DNA from: Bacteroidota bacterium | Lineage (GTDB): Bacteria; Bacteroidota; Bacteroidia; Bacteroidales; FEN-979 | Assembly: GCA_037138335.1 (NCBI GenBank) | Contig: JBAXIO010000002.1 | Coordinates: 142,315-206,314, forward strand | DNA length: 64,000 nt | Reading direction: 5' to 3' | In this document: positions 7,324-16,990 of the stretch, piece by piece | How the letters are laid out: every line of letters starts with the position of its first letter | How positions within the stretch are numbered: position 1 is the first letter of the stretch | Notes under the pieces: model-generated | Databases searched by the model: none | What the model was told of the DNA's origin: nothing | The model's input: the letters and a program-made list of their open reading frames with translations, nothing else | Position numbers and translations under genes: made by a program

Positions 7324-10005
7324 TTAATACAAATTATTCGCATTCTGGTAACCTGGTTTCAGCATGTACCAGTCCTGGTAACTTGTTCCATTAGATTGGG
7401 CCCAGTCGGCAAAATGCAGATGGGTTTGAATGATATCGATCATTTCCTGGGGATAAGACCAGTCAATGGGGATCTCAATAGCCCAGCATAATCCCGTGGT
7501 TGACCTGTAATATTTCCCCTGGGCAGGGTTACTTGCATCAACCCAGGTGTCAAAATAGATGGGATTTACAAGTTCTGAAGGTGGCTGGTCCTTGAGATGG
7601 ATTTCCTTGCCTCTCTCCTGGTTCACGAAAATAAACGGATTAAAAGGAGCAGTCCCGATATTCGCCTGTGGGGTTGAGAAATGAACGTTCACGGTTTGTT
7701 CTGTTGTCTGTATCGTATTCCCTCCATGCACGGTGTTGACAATATCGGCACCTAGCAAGGTGTTAATAGCATCTACAGGAATAATGACTGTTTCATTGGT
7801 GTGCCCGGCTTCATAGCCCTTGGGGTCCATGGTAACCGCCGAACCAACTTTAATACATCCGGTAACACTTGCAATATTGGAAGGGGGCGTATTCAGGATA
7901 AAACCAAAACCGTTGTTCATCTGTGCTCCTGCAGCTTTGATTTTGTAGCGTACAATGATGTCGACCACCTTATTCTGGGCATTGGTCACGATCTTGTAAT
8001 TAAAGTTCATCACAAGGTCATTCATATCATAATCACCGTATGCCGGCCAGAGGTCCTCAAAGGCAACCGTTCCATAATCCGATACATTAGGATAGTAGGA
8101 ATTGAAAGCCCTGGTGGGGTCAAGCGGATACGCATCAAGGTTATCGGGAACGCCGTCACCGTCGGTATCAAGAGGGGGAGGGCTTGCAATTGTTATTACC
8201 AGCACCTTGTTGTCGGCACCGGCCAGATTAGTTGCACTCAGGTTTACACTGAAAATGCCGGCGGCTGTAGGTATGCCCGAGATCGTACTGCCGCTGAAAG
8301 TGAGGCCGGCAGGCAGGTTCGTGGCGTTGTAGGTTATCGGTGTGGTGCCGCTTGCGGTTATTGTATAGCTGAACGACTGGTTCACGGTTGCGGTAGCTGT
8401 AAGTGAGCTTGTAATAACCGGCGACTGGGGAGGCTGTGCAACCGTGATCACCAGGACCTTGGTATCGGTACCGACTGAATTCGTAGCCGTAAGCGTGACA
8501 TTATATGTTCCTGCAGTTGTTGCATTCCCGCTGATGGTCGATCCGCTGAAGTACAAACCGGCGGGAAGGCCTGTAGCATTGTATGTAATAGGGGAAGAAC
8601 CGGATGCAGTAATATTATAGGTGAACTGTGATCCGATCAGTGCTGTTGCAGTGAGTGCACTGGTAATTGTCGGCCCAATCAATGCATTGCAACTGGGAAT
8701 AGCAATTGTATAAGCACAGAAAGTAACATGGTTCCCGTAATTCCCGTTATTAGGTTGTATGCCTTTGGATGAGCAAAGATCAACATACCCGCTAACCGTG
8801 CAACCTCCGGTTGTCTTGCTTTTCGATTCGTTACTGAGAGCTTTGATCTGGGCTCCCTGGCTGCCGGGACCTGTTACGGTTCCTTCAAGGTCAAAAGTCA
8901 AACACTTAATGAGGCTGCTCAGGCCAAGGGTTGTGGTTGACCCCCCCTGTGCCTGGAAATTTCCGTTACAAACAGAAATATAACCGGTATTGGTAAGCGA
9001 GCCGTTCTGCATGAAATCATGATTTTCGCCTGTCAATGTCATGGAACAGGAATTGGTTACCACTCCCTGCCCGTTTATTGTAAGGTCATCAGAAATGGTC
9101 ATGGGGCCATCGTTGGTGAGCGTGCCGTTAATGTTAAATTTTGATGGGATGTTCATTGTCCCGTAATTGTGGACTGCCGCCGAACTATTGATCTGGAATG
9201 TGCCACCGTCTATAACGTCGAGGGTCCCGTAATTGTTCAGGATGCCGTCAAAATTGTTGTTGGGCAGGTTGTAAACCAGGCTGTAGTTATTAACGGTCCT
9301 CCCGGTAAGGGAATAATTACCGTTCATATTTCCTGTCGAAGTCAGAAGAATTGTACCCCCGCTTCCGTTAATGTTGTTCCAATGAACAGTTCCGCAGATG
9401 CGCACGGTACCGCCAGAATTCAGCACCGGTGTGTTAAGGGTTACCGTGACACCGGCAGGAACACAAAGAACTGCGCCTGTGCCGATGGTGAGATTACTAT
9501 AGGTGCCGGCGGCCAGTGTTTGGGTGCAGCCTGAACTGCAATCGGCTGATCCGGCATTCTCTGCCGACTTCAGCCCGGACCCAAAGGTATAAACCAGGGT
9601 AGAACCTGTAACCGGGACCGATACATAATTGTTGATTCCATCAGGACTGATCTTGCCTATATAAATCGCTTTAATACTGGAAGGTATGCGGATCTTAGTC
9701 AAATACTGGAAACTGGCATCCGTTGCCCCGGTGCCGATAAGCTTTCCTCCATTTGCAGGATCACCGTTGAACAACTGGATAACAAACATGTTGAAAGCAG
9801 TTGTTTGCTGCACATTAACGGTTACATCAATATCCAGGTACGAACTGAATTTGAAATTCTGGTCCACCTGCAATTCGGTGAACTTTGTGGGAGCCGGTTT
9901 CTCACTACTGGTGTTTTTCTTGCAGCCGGTCTGCGTCATAAGAGCCCCGGATATCAGCAACAAAATGAAAACCCGTAAAATGAAATTTTGTTTAAAATTG
10001 TTCAT
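7324..10005 (-). CDS. Surface lipoprotein with an LruC-like C-terminal region, two Ig-like repeats and a Gly/Asn/Thr-rich N-terminal region
   Basis: 893 aa. Lipoprotein signal ('LISGALMTQTGCKK'). Calcium-binding-like 'DTDGDGVPDNLDAYPLDPTRA' is followed by 'YGTVAFEDLWPAYGDYDMNDLVMNFNY', which I recall as LruC-domain (TIGR04456-like). Two 83-aa tandem repeats precede it. Confidence 0.7.
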   Translation of the reverse strand: MNNFKQNFILRVFILLLISGALMTQTGCKKNTSSEKPAPTKFTELQVDQNFKFSSYLDIDVTVNVQQTTAFNMFVIQLFNGDPANGGKLIGTGATDASFQYLTKIRIPSSIKAIYIGKISPDGINNYVSVPVTGSTLVYTFGSGLKSAENAGSADCSSGCTQTLAAGTYSNLTIGTGAVLCVPAGVTVTLNTPVLNSGGTVRICGTVHWNNINGSGGTILLTSTGNMNGNYSLTGRTVNNYSLVYNLPNNNFDGILNNYGTLDVIDGGTFQINSSAAVHNYGTMNIPSKFNINGTLTNDGPMTISDDLTINGQGVVTNSCSMTLTGENHDFMQNGSLTNTGYISVCNGNFQAQGGSTTTLGLSSLIKCLTFDLEGTVTGPGSQGAQIKALSNESKSKTTGGCTVSGYVDLCSSKGIQPNNGNYGNHVTFCAYTIAIPSCNALIGPTITSALTATALIGSQFTYNITASGSSPITYNATGLPAGLYFSGSTISGNATTAGTYNVTLTATNSVGTDTKVLVITVAQPPQSPVITSSLTATATVNQSFSYTITASGTTPITYNATNLPAGLTFSGSTISGIPTAAGIFSVNLSATNLAGADNKVLVITIASPPPLDTDGDGVPDNLDAYPLDPTRAFNSYYPNVSDYGTVAFEDLWPAYGDYDMNDLVMNFNYKIVTNAQNKVVDIIVRYKIKAAGAQMNNGFGFILNTPPSNIASVTGCIKVGSAVTMDPKGYEAGHTNETVIIPVDAINTLLGADIVNTVHGGNTIQTTEQTVNVHFSTPQANIGTAPFNPFIFVNQERGKEIHLKDQPPSELVNPIYFDTWVDASNPAQGKYYRSTTGLCWAIEIPIDWSYPQEMIDIIQTHLHFADWAQSNGTSYQDWYMLKPGYQNANNLY
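8178..8676 (-). repeat. Two in-frame tandem copies of an 83-aa (249-nt) Ig-like module inside the LruC-like gene
   Basis: 'ITSALTATALIGSQFTYNITASGSSPITYNATGLPAGLYFSGSTISGNATTAGTYNVTLTATNSVGTDTKVLVITVA' versus 'ITSSLTATATVNQSFSYTITASGTTPITYNATNLPAGLTFSGSTISGIPTAAGIFSVNLSATNLAGADNKVLVITIA'. Confidence 0.85.
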
Positions 10006-10076
10006 GGTTTTTCCTGTTTGTGGTTAATTATTTAAAATATCGTAATCTATGTACAAGTAAAATTTCTTAATCGTCA

Positions 10077-10107
10077 CAAAATTATTCACATATTAATGAG
10101 CCTGCAA
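10077..10107 (-). promoter_or_regulatory. Candidate Bacteroidota sigma-A promoter for the LruC-like gene
   Basis: The minus strand reads TTG-N20-TAATTTTG, matching the TAnnTTTG -7 consensus. It lies 72 nt upstream of the ATG at 10005. Motif match only. Confidence 0.3.
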
Positions 10108-10293
10108 GGCATAATAAGTAAGTGAAGAGATAAATTTAGTTTATGTCATTTTTTGGCAGAAATTTGAAATGAACATGGTCAGGGCTATGGATCATTCTGT
10201 TTCATTTCCATGCATAAATATACAAAAATTTAATGCTAGGTAATTGATTTGCTGTGAATTTATTTTTACATTCGTTTTTTAAAACCAGGAAAT

Positions 10294-12537
10294 ATGAAAA
10301 ATTGTTTTCTTCTTGTTGCTTTTTCTTTCTTTTTGCTCGCCGGGTTGAAAGCCCAGACTTATATCCCGCTGACCGATAATTTGCAGATCCCAAGCAATGT
10401 CAGTATCAAATTCATACCCGATAACTATGTTTTTTCTGACCTCGATTCAAACGGGGTCATCCAGATCGACGGGCAGCATAACATTATCCTTGACGGTGAC
10501 AGCTGCAGGGTGAACGGGCAGATTTATAAGGGATATTTTATCAGGATTAAAAATTCCCATTTTATTACGATCAGGAACTTCGATTCGGTTTTTAATTATA
10601 AATATGCAGTTTGTATCACCAACTCAGACCATATAACCATTGACAGCAACAGGTTTTGCCGCAATAAAGTGGATTCGGCCGGATGGATAGATGTATGGGC
10701 CGATTATACCAGGGCACTTGGAGGAGGTGTAATGATGTACCAGAGCCGGGCAGCCGATATCCATCACAACCTGATGAATGTGCAGAATGACGGTGTGGCC
10801 TTGTACCATTGTGATTCGATCAGGATCCACGATAATGATTTTTCCTGGAATACCTCCTATGGTATCAGGATGTTCTGGTCCGACAGCTGTAACATATACG
10901 GGAACAACTGTTCACATGTCAACCGTCCCAGGACCGACCCGAGTGACTGCGGAGCCCTGCTGATGATAGTATCCAATAACAATACTGTGACAAACAACGA
11001 CCTCTCATGGTCAGGCGACGGAGTTTTCCTGGGCCAGTACCAGCATTCCTCCACACCTAATAACAATTACTTTGCCTACAACGAATGCTCCTATTCCCCG
11101 CATAATGCCATTGAAGCGACTTTCGCCAGGGGGAATGTATACAGGCATAACAAGTGTAATTTCAGTGATTACGGTATGTGGCTGGGGTATTCATTCATGT
11201 CGGTCGTCGACAGCAATGAGATCAACGGAAATTATGAGGATGGGATTGCCATCGACAGGGGATACGGCAACCTTATCACAAATAACCAGCTGCAGGATAA
11301 TCCAACCGGGATTGCCCTTTGGGAAGGCAGCCCCATTTCAGGTTACACGAATCAATATTCGAAGGATTATGACATTCATTCCAATACGTTCACCGGTAAT
11401 ACCCTTGCTGTTTCCCTCTCCAAAACCGAGCATACCCATATGACCGGAAACGCTTTTCTTTTCAGCCAGGCAGCTTCCCTGCATTTCGACGGGCAGTCTG
11501 ATCTTGACACCATCACAGGAAACTCTTTCACAGAGCCTACGGCATATCATTTTCAAAATAATTCCGCCTACGATATTTATGCCCCCGGTAATCTGTTTAA
11601 TCCCTCCGACAGCCTGATGATCCTGAATAAAATGTACGACAGCCACCGCGTTTCGTCGCTGGGACAGGTGATCTGGTGGCCATATACCCATGGTGCGCAA
11701 GCTGCAGTTCAGCCGGATCCTCCCTGTGATATGGCCGAGCCTCCCTCGGTCTGGTTTGCCTATCCTGAAACCGGCTATCCTGCCGTAAACAGGTTTGGCG
11801 ACTCGGTGTATTTTGATACGGTGATCAAAAAGCTTGGGATTGCCTCGGTGAAAATGGTAACCAGCAGGGGTTGGGACCTTGCCCTGAATTACAGGCCTTC
11901 GGCCGATTCGGTTTCAAGATGGACCCTGTCGGATTCAGATACCCTGTTTTTCTGGGTCAGGACTAAAAAAAACCCCTATGGGTTTCAGTATTTCTCGGTC
12001 AGGATAGGAAACTCCACCGGGGGGTATTATAAATATACCTGTTCTCCTTCGCTGCTGAACAGCGCTAACCTCAGCTGGAAGCTTTTAAAGTGCCCTGTCG
12101 CCGGCGGGGCCGGTTACAGCAGAACAACGGTGGGCGGTATGACCTACGACTCGGTAAATTATGTAGAGATCCATGCCGACTGCTGGGACCTTGGATTCTC
12201 TCTCTGGGTTGACGGTGTACAATTCACTCAATGCACCCCAACAACATCTGTACCCGGAAATCAGCCATCCGCAGTGAATACATTGTATGCTTATCCTAAT
12301 CCTTTTAGCAATGGAACGGCCATTTCATATGAGTTGACAAAACCCGGACCGGTCAAACTCGAAGTGTTCAGTATCGAAGGACAATTGCTCGAGACCCTTG
12401 TGAATGGCTACCAGCTTGCAGGACTTCATGAGATACAATATAACTCCATTGTCGCGCAACCCGCATCCCGCATAAGGATAGTAAGGTTAACCAGTCAGGA
12501 ATTCACCAGGGCCATCAGGATAATCCAAGCGAAATAA
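10294..12537 (+). CDS. Secreted right-handed parallel beta-helix repeat protein with T9SS type-A C-terminal sorting domain
   Basis: 747 aa with a signal peptide. Recurrent PbH1-like 'I.I.n/d N.f..N' turns ('ITIDSNRF', 'IHHNLM', 'IRIHDNDF', 'NIYGNNC', 'VTNNDL', 'ITNNQL'). C-terminus 'LYAYPNPFSNGTAISYEL...VKLEVFSIEGQLLETL' is typical of Por_Secre_tail. Confidence 0.72.
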   Translation: MKNCFLLVAFSFFLLAGLKAQTYIPLTDNLQIPSNVSIKFIPDNYVFSDLDSNGVIQIDGQHNIILDGDSCRVNGQIYKGYFIRIKNSHFITIRNFDSVFNYKYAVCITNSDHITIDSNRFCRNKVDSAGWIDVWADYTRALGGGVMMYQSRAADIHHNLMNVQNDGVALYHCDSIRIHDNDFSWNTSYGIRMFWSDSCNIYGNNCSHVNRPRTDPSDCGALLMIVSNNNTVTNNDLSWSGDGVFLGQYQHSSTPNNNYFAYNECSYSPHNAIEATFARGNVYRHNKCNFSDYGMWLGYSFMSVVDSNEINGNYEDGIAIDRGYGNLITNNQLQDNPTGIALWEGSPISGYTNQYSKDYDIHSNTFTGNTLAVSLSKTEHTHMTGNAFLFSQAASLHFDGQSDLDTITGNSFTEPTAYHFQNNSAYDIYAPGNLFNPSDSLMILNKMYDSHRVSSLGQVIWWPYTHGAQAAVQPDPPCDMAEPPSVWFAYPETGYPAVNRFGDSVYFDTVIKKLGIASVKMVTSRGWDLALNYRPSADSVSRWTLSDSDTLFFWVRTKKNPYGFQYFSVRIGNSTGGYYKYTCSPSLLNSANLSWKLLKCPVAGGAGYSRTTVGGMTYDSVNYVEIHADCWDLGFSLWVDGVQFTQCTPTTSVPGNQPSAVNTLYAYPNPFSNGTAISYELTKPGPVKLEVFSIEGQLLETLVNGYQLAGLHEIQYNSIVAQPASRIRIVRLTSQEFTRAIRIIQAK

Positions 12538-12546
12538 ATACTACCT

Positions 12547-13671
12547 TTGCTGCCGGATTTTTTATTTAATGATCTGGTTTTGAATAACGATAAGACTGTG
12601 CTCGTAGGTTTAAGCGGGGGAGTGGATTCCTCCGTTGCTGCATATATTTTAAAACAGCAGGGGTATAATGTTGTCGGGATCACCATGGCTATCTGGGATG
12701 GGAAAAAACTTCCCCCGACTTCAGGCGGGAAACACGCCTGTTACGGCCCTGATGAGGAAGAAGAGATCAGGGAAGCAAGGGAAATTGCCGGAATACTGAA
12801 CATCCCTTACGAGGTTTTTGATTGCTCCGCGGAATATAAAAAGGCGGTCCTGGACTATTTCAGGAATGAATATTATGAAGGAAGAACGCCGAATCCCTGC
12901 ATTCAATGCAACCAGCATATCAAATTCGGTTTACTGCCTGAATTGGCCCGGCAAAAGGGATTTACTTTTGATTTCTTCGCCACCGGGCATTATGCCAGGG
13001 TTGAACTTGATGCTGAAACCGGCCGGTACCTGCTAAAAAAGGGGGCGGACCAGAAAAAGGACCAGACCTATTTTATTTACCGGCTTACACAGCAGCAGCT
13101 CTCCAGGGCCATGCTCCCGGTTGGCATTTATACCAAGACCAGGATCAAGGAGATCGCAAAAGAAGCCGGCCTGCCGGTATATGATAAAGAGGAAAGCCAG
13201 GATTTTTACAGCGGGAACTATAAGGATCTCCTGGAACAGGATGCTGTTTCGGGAAATATAGTCCATACCAGCGGAAAAGTGATTGGATCCCACCAGGGTA
13301 TATGGAACTATACCATAGGGCAAAGAAAGGGAATGGGAATAGCCTGGTCGGAACCGCTCTACGTAATCAGGATTGAAAAAGAAACAAATACTGTTATTGT
13401 CGGGAGCAGGGAAGAAACCTTCAATACGAGTTTCCTTGTCAACGACCTGAACTGGATAGGGATAGAGAGTTTGAAGGCCCCGATGGATGCCAGCATAAAG
13501 ATCCGCTCGGCCCAAAAGGAAAAAGACGCTCTTATCGAGCCGTTTGGGGAGGGCCTTGTGAAAGCCACTTTCTTTCATCCGAATGATTCAATAACTCCGG
13601 GACAGAGTGCGGTGTTTTACGATGGGGATATAGTGCTTGGGGGAGGAGTTATTAAAAACGTGATTACATGA
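12547..13671 (+). CDS. mnmA: tRNA 2-thiouridine(34) synthase
   Basis: PP-loop 'VLVGLSGGVDSSVAAYIL', plus 'NPCIQCNQHIKF' and 'ATGHYAR'. The ORF-track start is TTG, so the exact start is uncertain. Confidence 0.9.
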   Translation: MLPDFLFNDLVLNNDKTVLVGLSGGVDSSVAAYILKQQGYNVVGITMAIWDGKKLPPTSGGKHACYGPDEEEEIREAREIAGILNIPYEVFDCSAEYKKAVLDYFRNEYYEGRTPNPCIQCNQHIKFGLLPELARQKGFTFDFFATGHYARVELDAETGRYLLKKGADQKKDQTYFIYRLTQQQLSRAMLPVGIYTKTRIKEIAKEAGLPVYDKEESQDFYSGNYKDLLEQDAVSGNIVHTSGKVIGSHQGIWNYTIGQRKGMGIAWSEPLYVIRIEKETNTVIVGSREETFNTSFLVNDLNWIGIESLKAPMDASIKIRSAQKEKDALIEPFGEGLVKATFFHPNDSITPGQSAVFYDGDIVLGGGVIKNVIT

Positions 13672-15473
13672 CGAATATTAAAACATATCAAATGATAAAA
13701 CGAGTTCTGATTTATTTGGTGATCGCAGTGATCACCCTTCCGGCTTTTGCGCAAAAAGGAGGGATGGCTGCAAAGGATTTGAAGAATTATGTGTATTTCC
13801 TGGCTTCCGATTCCCTTAAAGGCAGGAAACCCGGCACTGCCGAAATGAATGTGGCCGCGCAATACATCCTTGACCATTTTATTGCAGCCGGGCTGAAGCC
13901 TATGGCTGATAAAGGCTTCCAGAACTTCGATATTGTCACCGACGTAAGCCTGGGCCCCGAAAATAGAATTTCCCTTGATGGTTACGATGCAAAGTTCAGG
14001 AAGGAGTTCATTCCCCTGGCTTATTCTTCCAGCGGGGAAGTTAAGGCGGCCGTGGTTTTTGCCGGATATGGTTTCGACCTGGATCTCGACAGCCTCAAAT
14101 GGAGCGATTATTCAGGGATTGACGTGAAGGGCAAGTGGGTGATGATCTTCAGGGCCGACCCCGAGCTCGACAAAACCGACAGTAAATTCATCCCGTTCAG
14201 TGATGCCCGAAGCAAGGTGCTTACAGCCAAAGATAAAGGGGCAGCCGGGGTATTGCTTGTCACCCCAAGGGGGCTCGACAAAGATGATAAGCTCATGGCG
14301 GTAGTCGTTGAAAACAATGAAGTCACCAGCGGCATCCCGGTGGTGAATATAAGGCATGAACTTGCCGACCGCATCCTGGCGGCAAAAGGGATCTCGGCCG
14401 ACAGCCTGGAACGCCTTATTACCTCGAAGCAGAAACCATACAGTTTTGAAACCGGCACCATTGCCGGAGTGAAGGTCGACGTGCTGCAAAAGCACGCAAA
14501 GACTGCAAATGTGGTTGCCTTGCTTGAAGGCAGCGATCCTGTGCTTAAAGATGAGTACCTGGTGGTAGGAGGGCATTATGACCACCTGGGATTCGGCGGA
14601 CCAGGTTCCGGGTCGCGGGTCCCCGACACAAACGCCATTCATAACGGTGCCGATGACAATGCTTCCGGGGCTGCCATGGTCATGGCCCTTGCAAAGGCCC
14701 TGGGCCAGCAGAAGTCTAAGCTTAAAAGGAGCATCCTTTTTATTGCGTTCTCAGGTGAGGAAATGGGGCTTCTCGGATCAAAATATTTCGTAAACAACCC
14801 GGTGGTCGACCTGAAAAAGATCAAAGCCATGTTCAATTTCGACATGGTGGGCCGCTTTGATAAGGAAAAGAACTCCATCTCGGTCAGCGGGACCGGGACA
14901 TCCGCCGAAGGCGACAGCATATTAAGGGTTTTTGAAAAAGGCCTGCCGTTCATGGTTACACATTCCCCCGATGGTTACGGCCCTTCGGATCATGCATCAT
15001 TCTATTCTTCGAACATACCGGTATTCTTCTTCACAACCGGGGTGCACATGGATTATCATACGCCCGCCGATGATGCTGACAAACTGGATTACAATGCCGA
15101 AAAGAAGATCGGCGATTTCAGCGTGGCTCTCATTGCCGATATTGACAACCTCAGCAAGGATCTTACCTTTAAGGAATCAGGGAAAAAGGAAAGCACCGGC
15201 AGAAGCGGCCGCCGGTTTAAAGTCACCCTTGGCATTATGCCCGATTTTGCAGGCTCCGAAAAAAAGGGGCTGAGGGTCGACGGGGTTACAAAAGACGGCC
15301 CTGCTTATAAAGGAGGGATGTTGAAAGGTGATATCATTATTTCTGTCCATGGCATGAAAGTCGAGAGCATTTACGACTATATGGCCCGCCTCAGCAAACT
15401 GAAAGCAGGTATGACCGTGAATGTTGAGGTGATCAGGAGCGGGAAGGTGGTGATATTGATAATACAATTGTAA
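13668..15473 (+). CDS. Secreted M28-family metallopeptidase with PA-like insert and C-terminal PDZ domain
   Basis: M28 blocks 'GGHYDHLGFG', 'NGADDNASGAAMVMALAK', 'FIAFSGEEMGLLGS', 'NFDMVG'. PDZ 'GLRVDGVTKDGPAYKGGMLKGDIIISVHG'. ATGA overlap with the mnmA stop. An alternative start at 13692 gives a cleaner signal peptide. Confidence 0.82.
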   Translation: MTNIKTYQMIKRVLIYLVIAVITLPAFAQKGGMAAKDLKNYVYFLASDSLKGRKPGTAEMNVAAQYILDHFIAAGLKPMADKGFQNFDIVTDVSLGPENRISLDGYDAKFRKEFIPLAYSSSGEVKAAVVFAGYGFDLDLDSLKWSDYSGIDVKGKWVMIFRADPELDKTDSKFIPFSDARSKVLTAKDKGAAGVLLVTPRGLDKDDKLMAVVVENNEVTSGIPVVNIRHELADRILAAKGISADSLERLITSKQKPYSFETGTIAGVKVDVLQKHAKTANVVALLEGSDPVLKDEYLVVGGHYDHLGFGGPGSGSRVPDTNAIHNGADDNASGAAMVMALAKALGQQKSKLKRSILFIAFSGEEMGLLGSKYFVNNPVVDLKKIKAMFNFDMVGRFDKEKNSISVSGTGTSAEGDSILRVFEKGLPFMVTHSPDGYGPSDHASFYSSNIPVFFFTTGVHMDYHTPADDADKLDYNAEKKIGDFSVALIADIDNLSKDLTFKESGKKESTGRSGRRFKVTLGIMPDFAGSEKKGLRVDGVTKDGPAYKGGMLKGDIIISVHGMKVESIYDYMARLSKLKAGMTVNVEVIRSGKVVILIIQL

Positions 15474-15551
15474 CCAGTGATCAGTGAATAGTGACTGGTG
15501 AATAGTGAACATGACTTTATTTAGTCACCAGTCACCAGTCACCATTCACTC
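15474..15551. repeat. Inverted arrays of heptamer repeats (5 x NNRGTGA, 15-nt spacer region, 4 x TCACYNN) forming a long imperfect hairpin
   Basis: 'CCAGTGA TCAGTGA ATAGTGA CTGGTGA ATAGTGA' then 'TCACCAG TCACCAG TCACCAT TCACTCA'. 15483-15501 pairs with 15532-15550 (18 of 19 bp). The array starts one nt after the stop codon of the M28 peptidase gene. Confidence 0.75.
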
Positions 15552-15563
15552 AAATACCAAGCT

Positions 15564-15965
15564 ATGAACTACGATCAGATTTTTAACGAGGCCTTCGCGC
15601 TGAAGTTCATCAAGTTCTGCATGGTTGGCTTTTCAGGTGTATTCGTTGATTTCGGGATTACCTTCATATGCAAGGAATTCCTGAAGATCCAGAAATATTT
15701 CTCTAACGCGATAGGCTTCACCATAGCGGCCACGACAAATTACATGATGAACCGGATGTGGACCTTTCACAGCCACAACCCGCAAATAGGCCTGGAATTC
15801 ACAAGGTTTTTCCTTATCGCCCTGATAGGACTGGGGATCAACCTGTTAATAATCTGGACCCTGACAGGAAAGTTTAAAGTGAATTTCTATGTTTCCAAAC
15901 TGTTTGCCACCATCCTGGTGACCATCTGGAATTTCATGATCAACGCGTATTTCACTTTCGCCTGA
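15564..15965 (+). CDS. GtrA-family membrane protein
   Basis: 133 aa with four predicted helices. 'KFCMVGFSGVFVDFG' and the C-terminal 'WNFMINAYFTF' are typical of GtrA-like proteins. Confidence 0.72.
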   Translation: MNYDQIFNEAFALKFIKFCMVGFSGVFVDFGITFICKEFLKIQKYFSNAIGFTIAATTNYMMNRMWTFHSHNPQIGLEFTRFFLIALIGLGINLLIIWTLTGKFKVNFYVSKLFATILVTIWNFMINAYFTFA

Positions 15966-15968
15966 CGG

Positions 15969-16973
15969 CTACTCGTCATCATCGTCGGCCGAGTTCTCCT
16001 GAACAACAGGCTTTTTCCTGGATTCTTTGGATTTATTTTTGTCGGCGGATGGCTTTGCGGCTCCCCCGAACATTGGATCACTGGCATAGGTTTTCGTCAT
16101 ATCCGACGGGATCACGATGATAAAATCGGCTTTGCCCTCATTTGATTTTTCAAGATCACCCAGGTCTTCCTGTTCAACGCAGCCAATGGTCAGGATCTTC
16201 GGGGATGTGCTTCCGCGGCGGATATACTGCTGGACCATCCATACAATGCCTTCATGGTTTTCGCTGTGATATGACCCGTTGAAATGCAGGAATATGGTAC
16301 TGTCGATCAGGAAATTTTTTAAAAGGAAATGAGCCATTGTAGCGTCTTTCATCGCCTGTGCCTTAGCAATGTTGTCACCCATATGGGGCGCACCCTGCAT
16401 AGCTGCACTGATGTTTTTATAACAACTCAGTGATGAATCGTACGGGATTGGCAGGGGGGCGATCAAACCACGTTCATTGGCCATGATATTGTTAAAACCA
16501 TCAAAGCCTTTCAGGTTAACAAGCGCGGCAAACCTTCTTGGGATGCTTGTTGCAATGAACCTGATCCCGTTATCCCTTGCGAATTCTACCAGGGGGGAGT
16601 AATCGGTCTTGTAATTCTGCCACAATTTAGCCTCCGCATCAAAATCTTTTTTACGGATGATCTGTCTTGTGACATATTCATTCAGGAGCAACTGGTTGTC
16701 GGCTTCAAACATTTCGGCTCCCAGCACAAGGGTTTTCCCTTTCACATCCGACAGGTCTTTTGCCAGCTGGAGTTCCAGCCAGTGACAAATGGGGTTGTCA
16801 TGCATTTCTCCGAAAAAAATAATATCCGAAGAACTTGCGGTTTTAATAACATCTGAATAATCAGATTGTTTCCCTTTAGAAGTAAAAACTTTATAAGCAG
16901 GTTTATCTGAACGGAATCCCGTTGATAAATATCCTGCAAGAATTATGCAGATAACTGTTAATGATCTTTTCAT
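15969..16973 (-). CDS. ChaN/DUF399-like (heme-binding uptake, Tiki-superfamily) secreted protein
   Basis: 334 aa with an N-terminal signal or anchor. 'IIFFGEMHDNPICHWLE' and 'GAEMFEADNQ' blocks. Lys/Asp-rich low-complexity tail. Family recalled from memory. Confidence 0.55.
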   Translation of the reverse strand: MKRSLTVICIILAGYLSTGFRSDKPAYKVFTSKGKQSDYSDVIKTASSSDIIFFGEMHDNPICHWLELQLAKDLSDVKGKTLVLGAEMFEADNQLLLNEYVTRQIIRKKDFDAEAKLWQNYKTDYSPLVEFARDNGIRFIATSIPRRFAALVNLKGFDGFNNIMANERGLIAPLPIPYDSSLSCYKNISAAMQGAPHMGDNIAKAQAMKDATMAHFLLKNFLIDSTIFLHFNGSYHSENHEGIVWMVQQYIRRGSTSPKILTIGCVEQEDLGDLEKSNEGKADFIIVIPSDMTKTYASDPMFGGAAKPSADKNKSKESRKKPVVQENSADDDDE

Positions 16974-16990
16974 ATGTTTAACTGAATTAT

